Shown in pieces: positions 31,793 through 41,368 of a stretch of DNA of 64,000 nt; positions within the stretch are counted from its first letter, which is position 1; each line of letters begins with the position of its first letter. Where the stretch lies: positions 4,352,001-4,416,000 of the forward strand of contig CAXXKJ010000002.1 of the NCBI GenBank assembly GCA_963675295.2, read 5' to 3'. This DNA is from a bacterium (GTDB lineage Bacteria; Electryoneota; Electryoneia; Electryoneales; Electryoneaceae). Under the pieces are notes generated by a model that was not told the origin of the DNA, searched no databases, and saw only the letters and a program-made list of their open reading frames with translations. The translations under genes and the position numbers were made by a program.

Positions 31793-32893
31793 TCACCGTT
31801 CACCGAACTTGGTTCCGTCGCCCATCTGCTTGGTGACGGATTTCCAGTTCTTGGTGATGGCTTTCCAACGTTGTTTTGGATTCGCGGCCTGGACGGGGTC
31901 GTCCCGCCGGTCCATGTACGCCGCTTCCTTTTGCAGCTTGCGGTAGCTGTCCAGGCGTGCCGGGTCGAGTTCGCCGTTTTCGACGGCTTCGAGCACCGTG
32001 CAGCCGGGTTCGCTGTTGTGCTGGCAGTCCCGGAACCGGCAGTGTTCCGCCAGGTCCGCGATGTCGGAGAACGACGTGTCCAGCCCGTGCTCATCGTCCA
32101 CCATGCCAATTTCACGCATGCCCGGTGTGTCGAGCAGCAGGCCGCCGTCCGGCAATTCGATCAGTTCGCGCCGGGTGGTGGTGTGTCGTCCCACGCCGGA
32201 TTCGAACTCGGACAGCGACTTCACAGCCTGCCGTTCCTCGCCGAGCAGCCGGTTGATGATGGACGATTTCCCCACCCCGGACGATCCGACCAGTGCGACG
32301 GTCTGTCCGGGTTCGAGGTACGCGCGCAGCCGGTCGAGACCATCCCCGCGTTCAGCGCTGGCGGGCAGCACCGGCACGCCGGGCGCGACCGCCGCGAGCT
32401 CATCCAGCATCGGCGCTGGATCGTCCACGAGGTCGACCTTGTTCAGCACGATCACCGGATCGGCGCCGGAATCCCACACGAGAGTGAGGTAACGCTCGAC
32501 CCGTCGTGTGCTGAAGTCGCGGTTGGTGGCGACGACGATGAAGAAGGTGTCGACATTGGCTGCGATCGACTGCCGGGAGTGTTCGGACCCCGCCGCACGC
32601 CTGAACAGAGCGGTGCGTCGCGCGAGCACGTGATGGATGATCGCGCGGTCGTGGGCATCGTCAACCAGCACCCAATCTCCGGCGACTGGCCGGGTTTCGG
32701 GTGCGAGCGTGTGCAACAGATTGCCGCTCAGCTCGGCGAGCGAAACTTGCGCGCCGCCGAGGATAAACACGTCCCGGTTGTCCGCGATGACACGTGCGGG
32801 TGTCAGGTTGCGGTTGGAACTCTGCTGCTTTTCGTACTGCTTGACCTGCTTATCGAAAAACTTGCTGTAGCCAAAACGTTCTAACGTATTCAC
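31793..32893 (-). CDS. rsgA: Ribosome small subunit-dependent GTPase A
   Basis: Circularly permuted G motifs NKVD, GSSGVGKSS, HTTT, DTPG; Zn site CRFRDCQHNSEPGC; GTG start after AAGGAAG. Confidence 0.93.
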   Translation of the reverse strand: MNTLERFGYSKFFDKQVKQYEKQQSSNRNLTPARVIADNRDVFILGGAQVSLAELSGNLLHTLAPETRPVAGDWVLVDDAHDRAIIHHVLARRTALFRRAAGSEHSRQSIAANVDTFFIVVATNRDFSTRRVERYLTLVWDSGADPVIVLNKVDLVDDPAPMLDELAAVAPGVPVLPASAERGDGLDRLRAYLEPGQTVALVGSSGVGKSSIINRLLGEERQAVKSLSEFESGVGRHTTTRRELIELPDGGLLLDTPGMREIGMVDDEHGLDTSFSDIADLAEHCRFRDCQHNSEPGCTVLEAVENGELDPARLDSYRKLQKEAAYMDRRDDPVQAANPKQRWKAITKNWKSVTKQMGDGTKFGER

Positions 32894-32950
32894 GGTATTC
32901 TTCCTTGCAAATGCGTGGTGCACCCGCCAGACGAACGCCGCCTTGGAACC

Positions 32951-33104
32951 GGGGACACTTTGTCCCCAAAGTGTCCCCGATCTTTCATGTTCACCTGGGA
33001 CACGTAGTCCTCTTCGTGCCCCCAAATCACCGTATATCGACGAGATCCCTCACCTGCGTTCAGGATTTCGTCTGCTTGGGACACTTAACGGAGTAAGTGT
33101 CCCC
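32951..33104. repeat. GGGGACAC-N12-GTGTCCCC palindromes (two here; also 53173-53200 and 61177-61204)
   Basis: Four intergenic copies of a ~28-bp hairpin. Confidence 0.75.
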
Positions 33105-33111
33105 GTCACAA

Positions 33112-33996
33112 TCAGAACGACCGCGCGACCGGATTGCGGGGATCCTCACGGTAATCGTAGAACCCGACACCGGTCTTGTTGCCGAGGAATCCACCGGCGA
33201 CCATCTTGCGCAGCAACGGGCACGGGCGATACTTGCTGTCGCCGAGGCCGCTGTGCAACACTTCCATGATCGCGAGGCAGACGTCGTTGCCGATCAGGTC
33301 GGCGAGGCGCAGCGGACCCATCGGATGGGCCATGCCAAGCTTCATCACGCCGTCGATTTCCGCGACGCCGCCGACGCCTTCCATCAGCGCGTACACGGCT
33401 TCGTTGATCATCGGCATCAGGATACGGTTCGCGACGAAACCGGGGTAATCATTGACCACGATCGGCACCTTGCCCATCGTTTTCGACAGTTCGTCCACGG
33501 CCGCATAGGTCTCGTCCGACGTCGCCAGTCCGCGAATCACTTCGACCAATTTCATCATCGGCACGGGATTCATGAAGTGCATGCCGATCACTTTGTCGGT
33601 ACGGTTGGTGTGCGCGGCGATTTCGGTGATCGAAATCGTCGACGTGTTGGAGGCGAGGATGGTGCCTTCCGGCGCCAGCTCGTCCAACTGCTTGAACACC
33701 TTGAACTTGATGTCCGGGTTCTCGGTGGCGGCTTCGACGATCAGCTCGCGATCTTTCAGCGCGTCATAGTCTGTGGTGAAGGTGATGTTTCCAAGGGCGG
33801 CATCCGCCTGGTCCTGGGTCAGTTTTTCCTTCTTGACCATACGACCGAGGTTTTTCTCGATGGTGCCTTTCGCCCGATCGAGAAAATCCTGCTTGATGTC
33901 GACGGCGACAACGTCCAGGCCTGTCTGTCCCGCGACCTGGGCGATACCATTGCCCATGGTGCCAGTTCCCACCACGCCAAACTTAGTGATGCTCAC
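33112..33996 (-). CDS. hbd: 3-hydroxybutyryl-CoA dehydrogenase
   Basis: [31 protein letters not shown] and HPMGPL motifs. Confidence 0.93.
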   Translation of the reverse strand: MSITKFGVVGTGTMGNGIAQVAGQTGLDVVAVDIKQDFLDRAKGTIEKNLGRMVKKEKLTQDQADAALGNITFTTDYDALKDRELIVEAATENPDIKFKVFKQLDELAPEGTILASNTSTISITEIAAHTNRTDKVIGMHFMNPVPMMKLVEVIRGLATSDETYAAVDELSKTMGKVPIVVNDYPGFVANRILMPMINEAVYALMEGVGGVAEIDGVMKLGMAHPMGPLRLADLIGNDVCLAIMEVLHSGLGDSKYRPCPLLRKMVAGGFLGNKTGVGFYDYREDPRNPVARSF

Positions 33997-34192
33997 AATG
34001 TCCTCCCTCTCGTTCGTCCGTGGATTTATTTCCGCTCAGCTAACGTGTTTGGTCGATCCGAAAATGTCCGTTATTCGTTTCGGATTGGTCCTTCGTGATT
34101 CATTGCTTCTGAAGTGACGTTCGTGCCTTGGGTATATTGTGACCCAGCGTGCAAGTTTCAGGTTTCACCTGGGCTCTGGGCTCCAGAAATTG

Positions 34193-34670
34193 ACCCCGAA
34201 GGGGTGGCATCTGACTAGCTCCGGGTGCCAACCCGGGGAAATGACGGCCAACCACCAATCCCTTTCCGCCGAGCCGTTCCCCTGTTTTCCACCCTAACGG
34301 GGTGGCATCTCAAGGAAGATACCGTCAATCCCCATTCGCAACACCTCGACCCCGTCAGGCCTTCGCCCCACCCCGAAGGGGTGGCATCTGACTAGCTCCG
34401 GTTGCTAACCCGGGGAATCGGCGACCCATCACCAATCCTCGCCCAGCCGCCAACCCGTTCCCCTGTTGTCCACCCCAACGGGGTGGCATCTCAAGGAAGA
34501 TACCGTCAATCCCCATCCGCCGCACCTCGACCCCGTCAGGCCTTCGCCCCACCCCGAAGGGGTGGCATCTGACAAGCTCCGGGTGCCAACCCGGGGAATC
34601 GGCGACCCGTCACCAATCCTCCCCCAGCCGCCGACCTGTTTCAAGGTTTTCCACCCCAACGGGGTGGCAC
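34193..34670. repeat. REP array: ~2.7 tandem ~180-bp units (starts ~34193, 34370, 34551)
   Basis: Hairpins accccgaaggggt, caccccaacggggtg and ccgggtgccaacccgg repeated. Confidence 0.88.
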
Positions 34671-35117
34671 TCAAGGCAAATACCGTTCGTCGATTTCAAC
34701 TCCCATCGTCGCCATCAGCTGCTTGAATTCATCCAGAAAGGACACTTCCCGGTGATGTTCATCCTGATTCGCGATGTAGTGAATTACCCGCTCACGGTCA
34801 TCCCAATCGACGGTGAAAGCGGCGTACCCGTCCTGCCAATGGCGAAACCGTGGGAATTTCCCGTTTTCCTTCATCCACGCGGAGGAGCTGGTCTTTACAA
34901 TTCGCACAAAATCGGCCAGCGCGATGGACGGATGCAGATCAACCAACAGGTGAAGATGTTCACGATAGCCACCGATCTGATACGGAAAACAGTCCTTGTT
35001 TCGACACAATCCCAAGATGTAGGCAAATAACTCAGTCCGCGCGGAATCCAGCAGCACCTGGTCCCGATTCTTCGTCGCGAAAATGATATGAACCAGCATA
35101 CGGCGATAAGTGGACAT
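34671..35117 (-). CDS. tnpA: IS200/IS605-superfamily Y1 (HUH) transposase, REP-associated (RAYT-like)
   Basis: HIIFATKNR, EHLHLL, WQDGYAAF and YIANQDEHH motifs; REP arrays on both sides; no tnpB. Confidence 0.88.
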   Translation of the reverse strand: MSTYRRMLVHIIFATKNRDQVLLDSARTELFAYILGLCRNKDCFPYQIGGYREHLHLLVDLHPSIALADFVRIVKTSSSAWMKENGKFPRFRHWQDGYAAFTVDWDDRERVIHYIANQDEHHREVSFLDEFKQLMATMGVEIDERYLP

Positions 35118-35140
35118 TTGGTCTCCCACGCGTACAATTC

Positions 35141-35338
35141 GGCCCCTTCAGGGCCGGTTCCGAGAATCTTGATTGATTGTTCGCCACCTAATGCAACCCC
35201 GGGTTGACACCCGGAGCTAGTCAGATTCGCCCCCTTCGGGGACAACACCAGCACCACCTTCGACCAACGGATAGGGTGTTGTACCATTATCCCCCGGGTT
35301 GACACCCGGAGCTAGTCAGATTCGTCCCCTTCGGGGAC
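35141..35338. repeat. REP copies upstream of tnpA, inverted relative to the downstream array
   Basis: ccccgggttgacacccggagctagtcagattcg(c/t)cccttcggggac occurs twice. Confidence 0.85.
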
Positions 35339-35410
35339 AACACCCCGCAAACCTATTCAACGAATGCGAAAGGCGATATCATCTCCGGTATCACCTCTCC
35401 CACGTCGGCA

Positions 35411-36382
35411 TTACGATTCATCATCCAACCCCAGCACCTCCGCCAACACCGGCACCGATTCCGCACTGATCCAGTAGTACGAATTCCGGATATCGTAGCC
35501 TTCGCCGGTCATCCGTGTGAAAAAGAGCACGTGGCCATCGGGACTCAACGACGGGAACCGTTCTTCGTCGAACGAATTCACCGTCTCGCCGAGGCTGACC
35601 CCTTCACCCCATGTGCCGTCGGGCTGACGCACGCTGATGCACAGATCCATGCCGCCAAAGCCGTGTTCGAGATCGTCAAACCTGCCGAACAGCAGAAAAC
35701 GCCCCTGCGGATCGATCCATGGGTCCGCTTCAAGATACTCAGTGTTCACCGCGCCCGGGAGAGAGCGCTCGGGTTGGTACTGTCCATCAACAAATTCCGC
35801 GATAAACAGGTCATTGTTCCGCGGTTCCTCCACCCGTCGGCTGAAGATGATTGTGCCATCATCCATCAACGCGAACTGGCTGGAGACGGTTTCTTCATTG
35901 AACGGCGCATCTAACGGCTCCGGCGTGCCCCAGCCGGACGAATCCCGCTGCACCGTCCAGATTCGATTGTGCGGATTGAGTTCGTCTCCGATCGGCCGTT
36001 CGGACGTGAAGTACAGCGTCGTACCATCGGGCGAATACTGCGGCCCGCCGCAGGAATACCCCGCGGAAAATGACGTCACTGACGGAATCGTAAACTGGTT
36101 GTCCTCAAACCGCGCCGCGACCACCTTCTGGTGAAATCCTTCCACCTCTCGCCAGAAGATCGACCACGTGATTTCGTGGTCGTTCGGGTGAATTTCAAGC
36201 GCGGAATGCGGTTCGAACCGTGTGCCGAAATACCCCGGCCGGAACGGTTTCGCGGTCTCCGGCGGGTTACCGTGCCACGCAATTTCCTGCGTCCCGTCGC
36301 CGCACCCACCACTCGCGATCAACAGCACCACCAGCCCAATGAGCAGCAATCCGGACCCAGCCGTTCTCAATTTCATCCTCAC
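35411..36382 (-). CDS. PD40 (WD40-like) beta-propeller lipoprotein
   Basis: Lipobox-like SGGC; SPDGTTLYFTS, GFGGMDL and PSLSPDG motifs. Confidence 0.8.
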   Translation of the reverse strand: MRMKLRTAGSGLLLIGLVVLLIASGGCGDGTQEIAWHGNPPETAKPFRPGYFGTRFEPHSALEIHPNDHEITWSIFWREVEGFHQKVVAARFEDNQFTIPSVTSFSAGYSCGGPQYSPDGTTLYFTSERPIGDELNPHNRIWTVQRDSSGWGTPEPLDAPFNEETVSSQFALMDDGTIIFSRRVEEPRNNDLFIAEFVDGQYQPERSLPGAVNTEYLEADPWIDPQGRFLLFGRFDDLEHGFGGMDLCISVRQPDGTWGEGVSLGETVNSFDEERFPSLSPDGHVLFFTRMTGEGYDIRNSYYWISAESVPVLAEVLGLDDES

Positions 36383-36433
36383 CTTCCCCCTCGTCCCTGC
36401 TCTCCGTGATCCGCCAGACGATGCATTCCACCG

Positions 36434-37426
36434 CTATTTCTTGTACGCAACGTAGATATCCGCCTCGATAATCTCGCTGTCTTCCACGAAGTGATGCACA
36501 AAATACAGATTGCCAGCGTCATCGAGTGTAGGTTCTCCGGCAAACGACGACACGATCAACTCCGGCTCGGACCAGTTCCCATCATCCCGAACAGCCCGGT
36601 AAATCGCCGGCGCACCCTGGTAGGTCCGCGTGAACCACAGCTCATTTCCGTCCAACGAAACAAACGGCCAGCCATCCCGTTCCGCTGAATTGACCGCGTC
36701 GACGTGAAGAGGATCGGACCATATATCGCCATCTCTCGTCGTCATCCAGATGTCGTAGTCGCCGAGTCCTCCTTCCCGATCCGAATGGAAATACAAAGCG
36801 TCTCCGTGCAGATGTACCTCGCCGATCTGGCATTCCTGATTCAGATAGTCGCCGGCATAGGTCCAATCCATCCAACGGCCATCCTGCCACGTTGCGGTGA
36901 ACATGTTCACATCCGCAAACCCTTCCCGCGCGGACGCGAACCACATCTCGTCCTCCTGCACACACACCGCGCCGTCCAGCGAGAGAACGCCCGGCGCGTT
37001 CAGCCACAGTCGTTCCGCCTCATCCCATTCGCCACCGCTCAGGTGCGATACCCACACCCCGCTGACGCTGTCCAGCAGCTGTTTATCGGGTTGAATCCGC
37101 ACATCCGGCGTGAAGAAAAAGTACATCGTCTTGCCGTCGGGCAGGATGAACGGCGAATCCTCCGCGCCATTGGTGTTGATCGGTCCGGGCAGCGGGATTG
37201 GGTCCTCGAACTCGTCCGAGTGTAGCACCGGCGGGTAAATGTCGGTCGCGGGAGTGCGTTTCACGATATCAGCGGGCAGTTTATCGTGCCGGTCAACATT
37301 CGGGTAGTCCACTGGCGGGTCCGGCACTGCAGGGTTGTCCCCCTCGCACCCGGCCACAACCAGCAGGCTCAACGCGATCAACAGAGTTGCGAGTGAGAAG
37401 CCACGTGTCAGGTGTGCGATTGTCAT
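36434..37426 (-). CDS. PD40 (WD40-like) beta-propeller lipoprotein
   Basis: Lipobox VAGC; PFILPDGKTMYF and SDREGGLGDYDIW motifs. Confidence 0.8.
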   Translation of the reverse strand: MTIAHLTRGFSLATLLIALSLLVVAGCEGDNPAVPDPPVDYPNVDRHDKLPADIVKRTPATDIYPPVLHSDEFEDPIPLPGPINTNGAEDSPFILPDGKTMYFFFTPDVRIQPDKQLLDSVSGVWVSHLSGGEWDEAERLWLNAPGVLSLDGAVCVQEDEMWFASAREGFADVNMFTATWQDGRWMDWTYAGDYLNQECQIGEVHLHGDALYFHSDREGGLGDYDIWMTTRDGDIWSDPLHVDAVNSAERDGWPFVSLDGNELWFTRTYQGAPAIYRAVRDDGNWSEPELIVSSFAGEPTLDDAGNLYFVHHFVEDSEIIEADIYVAYKK

Positions 37427-37468
37427 CGTTTCCCCCCGAAAGATGATCGGCTGCGAACAGCGGTGAGC

Positions 37469-37873
37469 CTATAATTTCGAGCGTGCGACGACAAAACTCA
37501 ACCCCGCCAGCACAAGCGTCAACGGGCCGAACGCGTACATCTCCACCCCTGGTCCGGCGGTCATGTTCCCCACGAAATTGAGCAGGAAATATGCAAACAT
37601 CACCCACGCTGCGACACAGACTGTCTTCCGTAACTTCCCCCGCAGAATGAATCCCGTCCGCGCGGCGACGATCCCGATGAACAGTAGCGTCACCAGCAGC
37701 GCAGACAGTTCCATCAGCACCAGGTTCAACCGGTCGCTGTCCGCCCGTCCGCCCCAGACAATGTCGCCCGGCACCACGCCGGTCATCACCAGCACGTGAA
37801 ACACGGCCAGCAACGCCAGCAGCCCGATCAGGCCACGGGCCGCAAGAGTCCCCGCACGTTGCGAATTGCTCAT
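37469..37873 (-). CDS. Hypothetical membrane protein (4 TM)
   Basis: Four hydrophobic segments; WGG motif. Confidence 0.7.
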   Translation of the reverse strand: MSNSQRAGTLAARGLIGLLALLAVFHVLVMTGVVPGDIVWGGRADSDRLNLVLMELSALLVTLLFIGIVAARTGFILRGKLRKTVCVAAWVMFAYFLLNFVGNMTAGPGVEMYAFGPLTLVLAGLSFVVARSKL

Positions 37874-37894
37874 CAGCCAATCAACCCTTCGGGT

Positions 37895-38341
37895 TCACGC
37901 TTGCTTGTCGTCACGTTTCCTGCCATTCGAGAACAGCTGCCGCCACTTCGTGTGTTCCTGGCTGATCAGGGTTTCCACATTGCTCACGAACAGGTTGAAA
38001 CGGCTAGCATCTTCTTGATAGGGCGCGGTTTTCGTCAGGTACAACATTTTCTCGTGCTTCAACGTCTCGCAGACGGTGCGGTACTCCACCCAGTGTTCCC
38101 GCAAGCTGAGCAGCGAGATAATCGACGACAGGATCGCGATCAACGCCCCGAGAATCGACACGATCAGCACCGCCTGGGGATGTTCACCGTAAATGTTAAT
38201 CACCGGAATCGACGACGAACTCACAATCACGATCACCTGGAATCCGATGAACAACCGCTTGAATTTCGTGCTCTTTCGGTTGTACCAGTCGATCTGGTTA
38301 TCCACGCGCGATTCCAGATAAGTCTTTTCATCCATGTCCAT
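37895..38341 (-). CDS. DUF4231 / SLATT-type 2-TM protein
   Basis: YLESRVDNQIDWYNRKS, two TM helices, WVEYRTVCETLKHEK. Confidence 0.82.
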   Translation of the reverse strand: MDMDEKTYLESRVDNQIDWYNRKSTKFKRLFIGFQVIVIVSSSSIPVINIYGEHPQAVLIVSILGALIAILSSIISLLSLREHWVEYRTVCETLKHEKMLYLTKTAPYQEDASRFNLFVSNVETLISQEHTKWRQLFSNGRKRDDKQA

Positions 38342-38629
38342 TCTCGCCTCCGCCGGGTGCGTGCGCTGTGTACAACATGCAAAACGCGTAGCCGTCCAAA
38401 TGTACTCGATTTCCGACGCACAGTCGAATGAGAAAGCCCATTTCCGCTCACGTTATCCGTCAGATAGCTCACCCCGGACCATGCCCTCACCCTCCCGACT
38501 CAACCAGACCACCGACACATTCACAATTCCCGATCAACTGGGGTCCGTGACCAACACTGTGACACTGAACCCACACGTCCCGGCCCGCACTGCCTGATCC
38601 AACTCTATGTATTTCAATAACATATACGT

Positions 38630-38645
38630 TGGCATTGTGCTTGCA
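38630..38645 (+). promoter_or_regulatory. Putative sigma-54 (-24/-12) promoter
   Basis: TGGCATTGTGCTTGCA (GG-N10-GC) with an AT-rich tract upstream, ~75 bp before the 38721 start. Confidence 0.55.
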
Positions 38646-38720
38646 AATACTTAGGCTGACCCATTGGGACAACGGGTCCATCACGGGAAACCAACCAGGA
38701 CTTCTGAAGGGGGACGACCA

Positions 38721-39245
38721 ATGAGCACTCATTCACGATTCACGGGTCTGACAACTACTGCGGGTCGAATTCGAGGGCTGGGTGGCCCGGTTTGCTTGTC
38801 AAACCGGGTGTCTCATGCACTGAAATTGGCACTGATTCTGCCGGCGCTACTGATGCTGACCGGTTGCGACGCCGTTGTGGACGCGTTCGATGGCGTCAAC
38901 ACACCCGACGTTTACAGCCCGAAGGACGGCACCACGGTCCACGTCTCCAACCCGGACGACCGCACAGTCACCTTCACCTGGAGCGCCGAACACGCCGACT
39001 ACTACGAGCTGAAATTCTACGAAGACCACGGCGGCTCGAAAACGCTCTGGGGCTCGGCGACCGTCTACCCGACCTACGGCAGCCAGGTCAGCTACCCGAT
39101 GAGCTTTTCGTCCACCCACGCCGGCCTCACCCTGCGCTGGACCGTCCAGGCGTACAAATTCGACTACACCGACACCGAAACCGGCCACGACTGGTACGAC
39201 ATCTCCAACCCCACCCACGAACGCCGGATCTACCTGAAACCGTAG
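38721..39245 (+). CDS. Hypothetical lipoprotein (single beta-sandwich domain)
   Basis: Lipobox LTGC; RBS AAGGGGG; host-like codon usage. Confidence 0.65.
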   Translation: MSTHSRFTGLTTTAGRIRGLGGPVCLSNRVSHALKLALILPALLMLTGCDAVVDAFDGVNTPDVYSPKDGTTVHVSNPDDRTVTFTWSAEHADYYELKFYEDHGGSKTLWGSATVYPTYGSQVSYPMSFSSTHAGLTLRWTVQAYKFDYTDTETGHDWYDISNPTHERRIYLKP

Positions 39246-39301
39246 CCGCCGCCTCAATCAACCCGCTGCCTCGTTCAACACGCAGCCATTGCTTGCCGCC
39301 C

Positions 39302-39350
39302 TCGCCGCGTAGCGGCGAAACAACGTTAGCGTGTGGCTTCAGCCACACGA
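39302..39350. repeat. REP-like double hairpin
   Basis: tcgccgcgtagcggcga and cgtgtggcttcagccacacg. Confidence 0.55.
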
Positions 39351-39469
39351 ACCGGCCACCCCCACTAACCAGCCTCCCCCCAGTTTCCTCGTGCAACGCG
39401 TCCTGTAGGGACGCCGCATCTCCGCCGCACCCGCTACCGCGAATTCAACCCGACCCGTTCGTCAACCCC

Positions 39470-40258
39470 TCACCGTTCCTTCGGGCTGTAGTGCCGGCAC
39501 AGCCACCGGCTCAACCCGTCCAGGCCGGGAAACAAGACCCGTTCGGTGATGTTGCACTGGTCGAGCTTGTCACGGATTTCCCATTTCACATCTTTCGGGA
39601 TGATGATTCGCTGGCACAAGTCGGGGTGGCGTTTGATCCAGTCCTCGAGCCCGAGCGACGGATTCGACATCAGCGAGAACAACGCAAACTGGTTGACAAT
39701 CCGGTCATCCATCGACGGCGGCTCGAAGAACAGCAGGAATGGTTGCCGCGACAATGCGTCAAACTCGCCCAACGTTTTCACCGCCTTGTTCAGCAGTTCG
39801 GTGGTGAACGCGATCGCGCCTTCATCCTCCAGCACAGCCGTCAACTTCTTCGGCAGCAATTTCTGCGCTTTTTCGATGTTGATGCACCAGATGACGCCGT
39901 CGTGGTCGAATTTGAGCGTGTTCGCGGTGGCAAAATGGGTGGCGACCAGGGGCGAATAGGTCCAGTCGAGCAGACGGGTGGGCAATCCATGATGCTGCGC
40001 GACACTCAGCCAGTGCCAGAAGAAATCACGTTCGACCACATCGCGGTGCGCGTACTTCATGAAGTTACGCAGCAGGTGACGTTCCAGCCGGACATAATCC
40101 CCGCCCAGCCGCATCAGGCTGGTGACCAACTCGTAGTTCGCGTCCGACAACCCACGGAACGTCCACGAAGAGCGGTACCGCCCGAGCTCCGCGTTCCACG
40201 AGTTCTCGAACAACAACTCCTGCAGATGTGTCCAGCTCTTTGCGGTCTCGGTGTGCAT
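39470..40258 (-). CDS. FRG domain protein
   Basis: TFRGLS, AQHHGLPTRLLDWT..PLVATHFA, RIVNQ and LFPGLDG motifs. Confidence 0.92.
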   Translation of the reverse strand: MHTETAKSWTHLQELLFENSWNAELGRYRSSWTFRGLSDANYELVTSLMRLGGDYVRLERHLLRNFMKYAHRDVVERDFFWHWLSVAQHHGLPTRLLDWTYSPLVATHFATANTLKFDHDGVIWCINIEKAQKLLPKKLTAVLEDEGAIAFTTELLNKAVKTLGEFDALSRQPFLLFFEPPSMDDRIVNQFALFSLMSNPSLGLEDWIKRHPDLCQRIIIPKDVKWEIRDKLDQCNITERVLFPGLDGLSRWLCRHYSPKER

Positions 40259-40336
40259 GGGTAACAAACCTGAATCGTTGAATTTCTAACGGAAACTTAT
40301 TGACAGAACGGTCGTTTAATTAGTACATAGGCTATT

Positions 40337-40426
40337 GACGTAGGCATGCGTGGGAATTAACCGTAGGTCGTCCTCAGGACGGCAGCGCATATAGCGTGGG
40401 ATCCTACGGCCCAGGGCCTACGTTTT
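40337..40426 (+). ncRNA. Candidate DUF3800-associated structured RNA overlapping the gene's stop codon
   Basis: Nested stems 40337-45/40416-24, 40351-54/40410-13, 40361-67/40403-09, 40368-73/40377-82 and 40385-88/40394-97; TTGACA at 40300; strand inferred only from G-U pairs. Confidence 0.55.
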
Positions 40427-41233
40427 CATTTTGTCCCTCAGCCAATCGCAGCAAGGCTGGTCTCTAATGTCTGCCATTGCCTCTCTTGGTACGATTTTCA
40501 ATCCATGTCCCCACATTTTTCCTCGGCTCTTGTACATGATCGGATTCAACGTCTGAAAATAGCGTGGCTCAGTGTTTTCATAGGGATCGCGTTCCAAGGC
40601 ATTAAATGTAGCGCCAGCAACAGCATCAGCAAGCTGCAATCCCATCGACTTGCCAGGGGTTTTTGCATGAATCTGGTCGATATCCACGTGATTGAAGTCG
40701 ATCCTAATGTCATGATTATTCTCTTGCATACTCTGCAGGTGACGTAGGTAATACTTCATTTCTTCGTAGGACATTCCAGAACGGTTTGAGAATAAAACGT
40801 CCGCAGTACCATCACCTCCGTATTTTTCTGGATTATGTGTGTCGCGAACCAACCATGATACTCGTTCCAGCAAGTAACGGACGCAATAGAAATACAGGCC
40901 ATAGCGGTCTCTGAACTTCTCTGGTTCTAGCAGCGATGGTTTATGCACACAGATTGAAAGTACCCGAGCTGGTAATCCACCGATGATTTGTGAATAGCGC
41001 ACTTTCTGCGGGTGTTTGAGTTTTTTCCAATGAACGTGTTTCTTCGGATCAAGTCCAAACTCTTCACGTACTTCATCGATGATCTTGACGGTTTCAAGAT
41101 CGTTTGCTGAGCGAGTCACGAACGCAGAAAGTACAAACCAGTCGCTACTGCCATTGTCAGCTGCAACCGTGCGAAAACTGAATCCTTCATCCCCGGATTC
41201 GTCGATGTAGACCTTGTGCGAAGCTTTGCTCAT
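40418..41233 (-). CDS. DUF3800 domain protein (RNase H-like fold)
   Basis: N-terminal VYIDESGD and C-terminal GLQLADAVAG signature motifs. Confidence 0.88.
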   Translation of the reverse strand: MSKASHKVYIDESGDEGFSFRTVAADNGSSDWFVLSAFVTRSANDLETVKIIDEVREEFGLDPKKHVHWKKLKHPQKVRYSQIIGGLPARVLSICVHKPSLLEPEKFRDRYGLYFYCVRYLLERVSWLVRDTHNPEKYGGDGTADVLFSNRSGMSYEEMKYYLRHLQSMQENNHDIRIDFNHVDIDQIHAKTPGKSMGLQLADAVAGATFNALERDPYENTEPRYFQTLNPIMYKSRGKMWGHGLKIVPREAMADIRDQPCCDWLRDKMKT

Positions 41234-41368
41234 CCTGCAGACTCATCTCTTGAGACCCGGGGCAAGCCCCGGGCCACCCGTCGCAATTCTATTTTGCTTG
41301 GCTAGCTGCAAGTACCGTCAACTGATGCTGAATAGAACCATACTGAGGGAGCTTTTGGGTATATACTC

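Noticed and set aside
34193-34670. Regularly spaced palindromes as a CRISPR array
   Set aside because: The inter-repeat sequences are themselves repeated rather than unique spacers, there are no cas genes, and the adjacent Y1 transposase explains them as REPs
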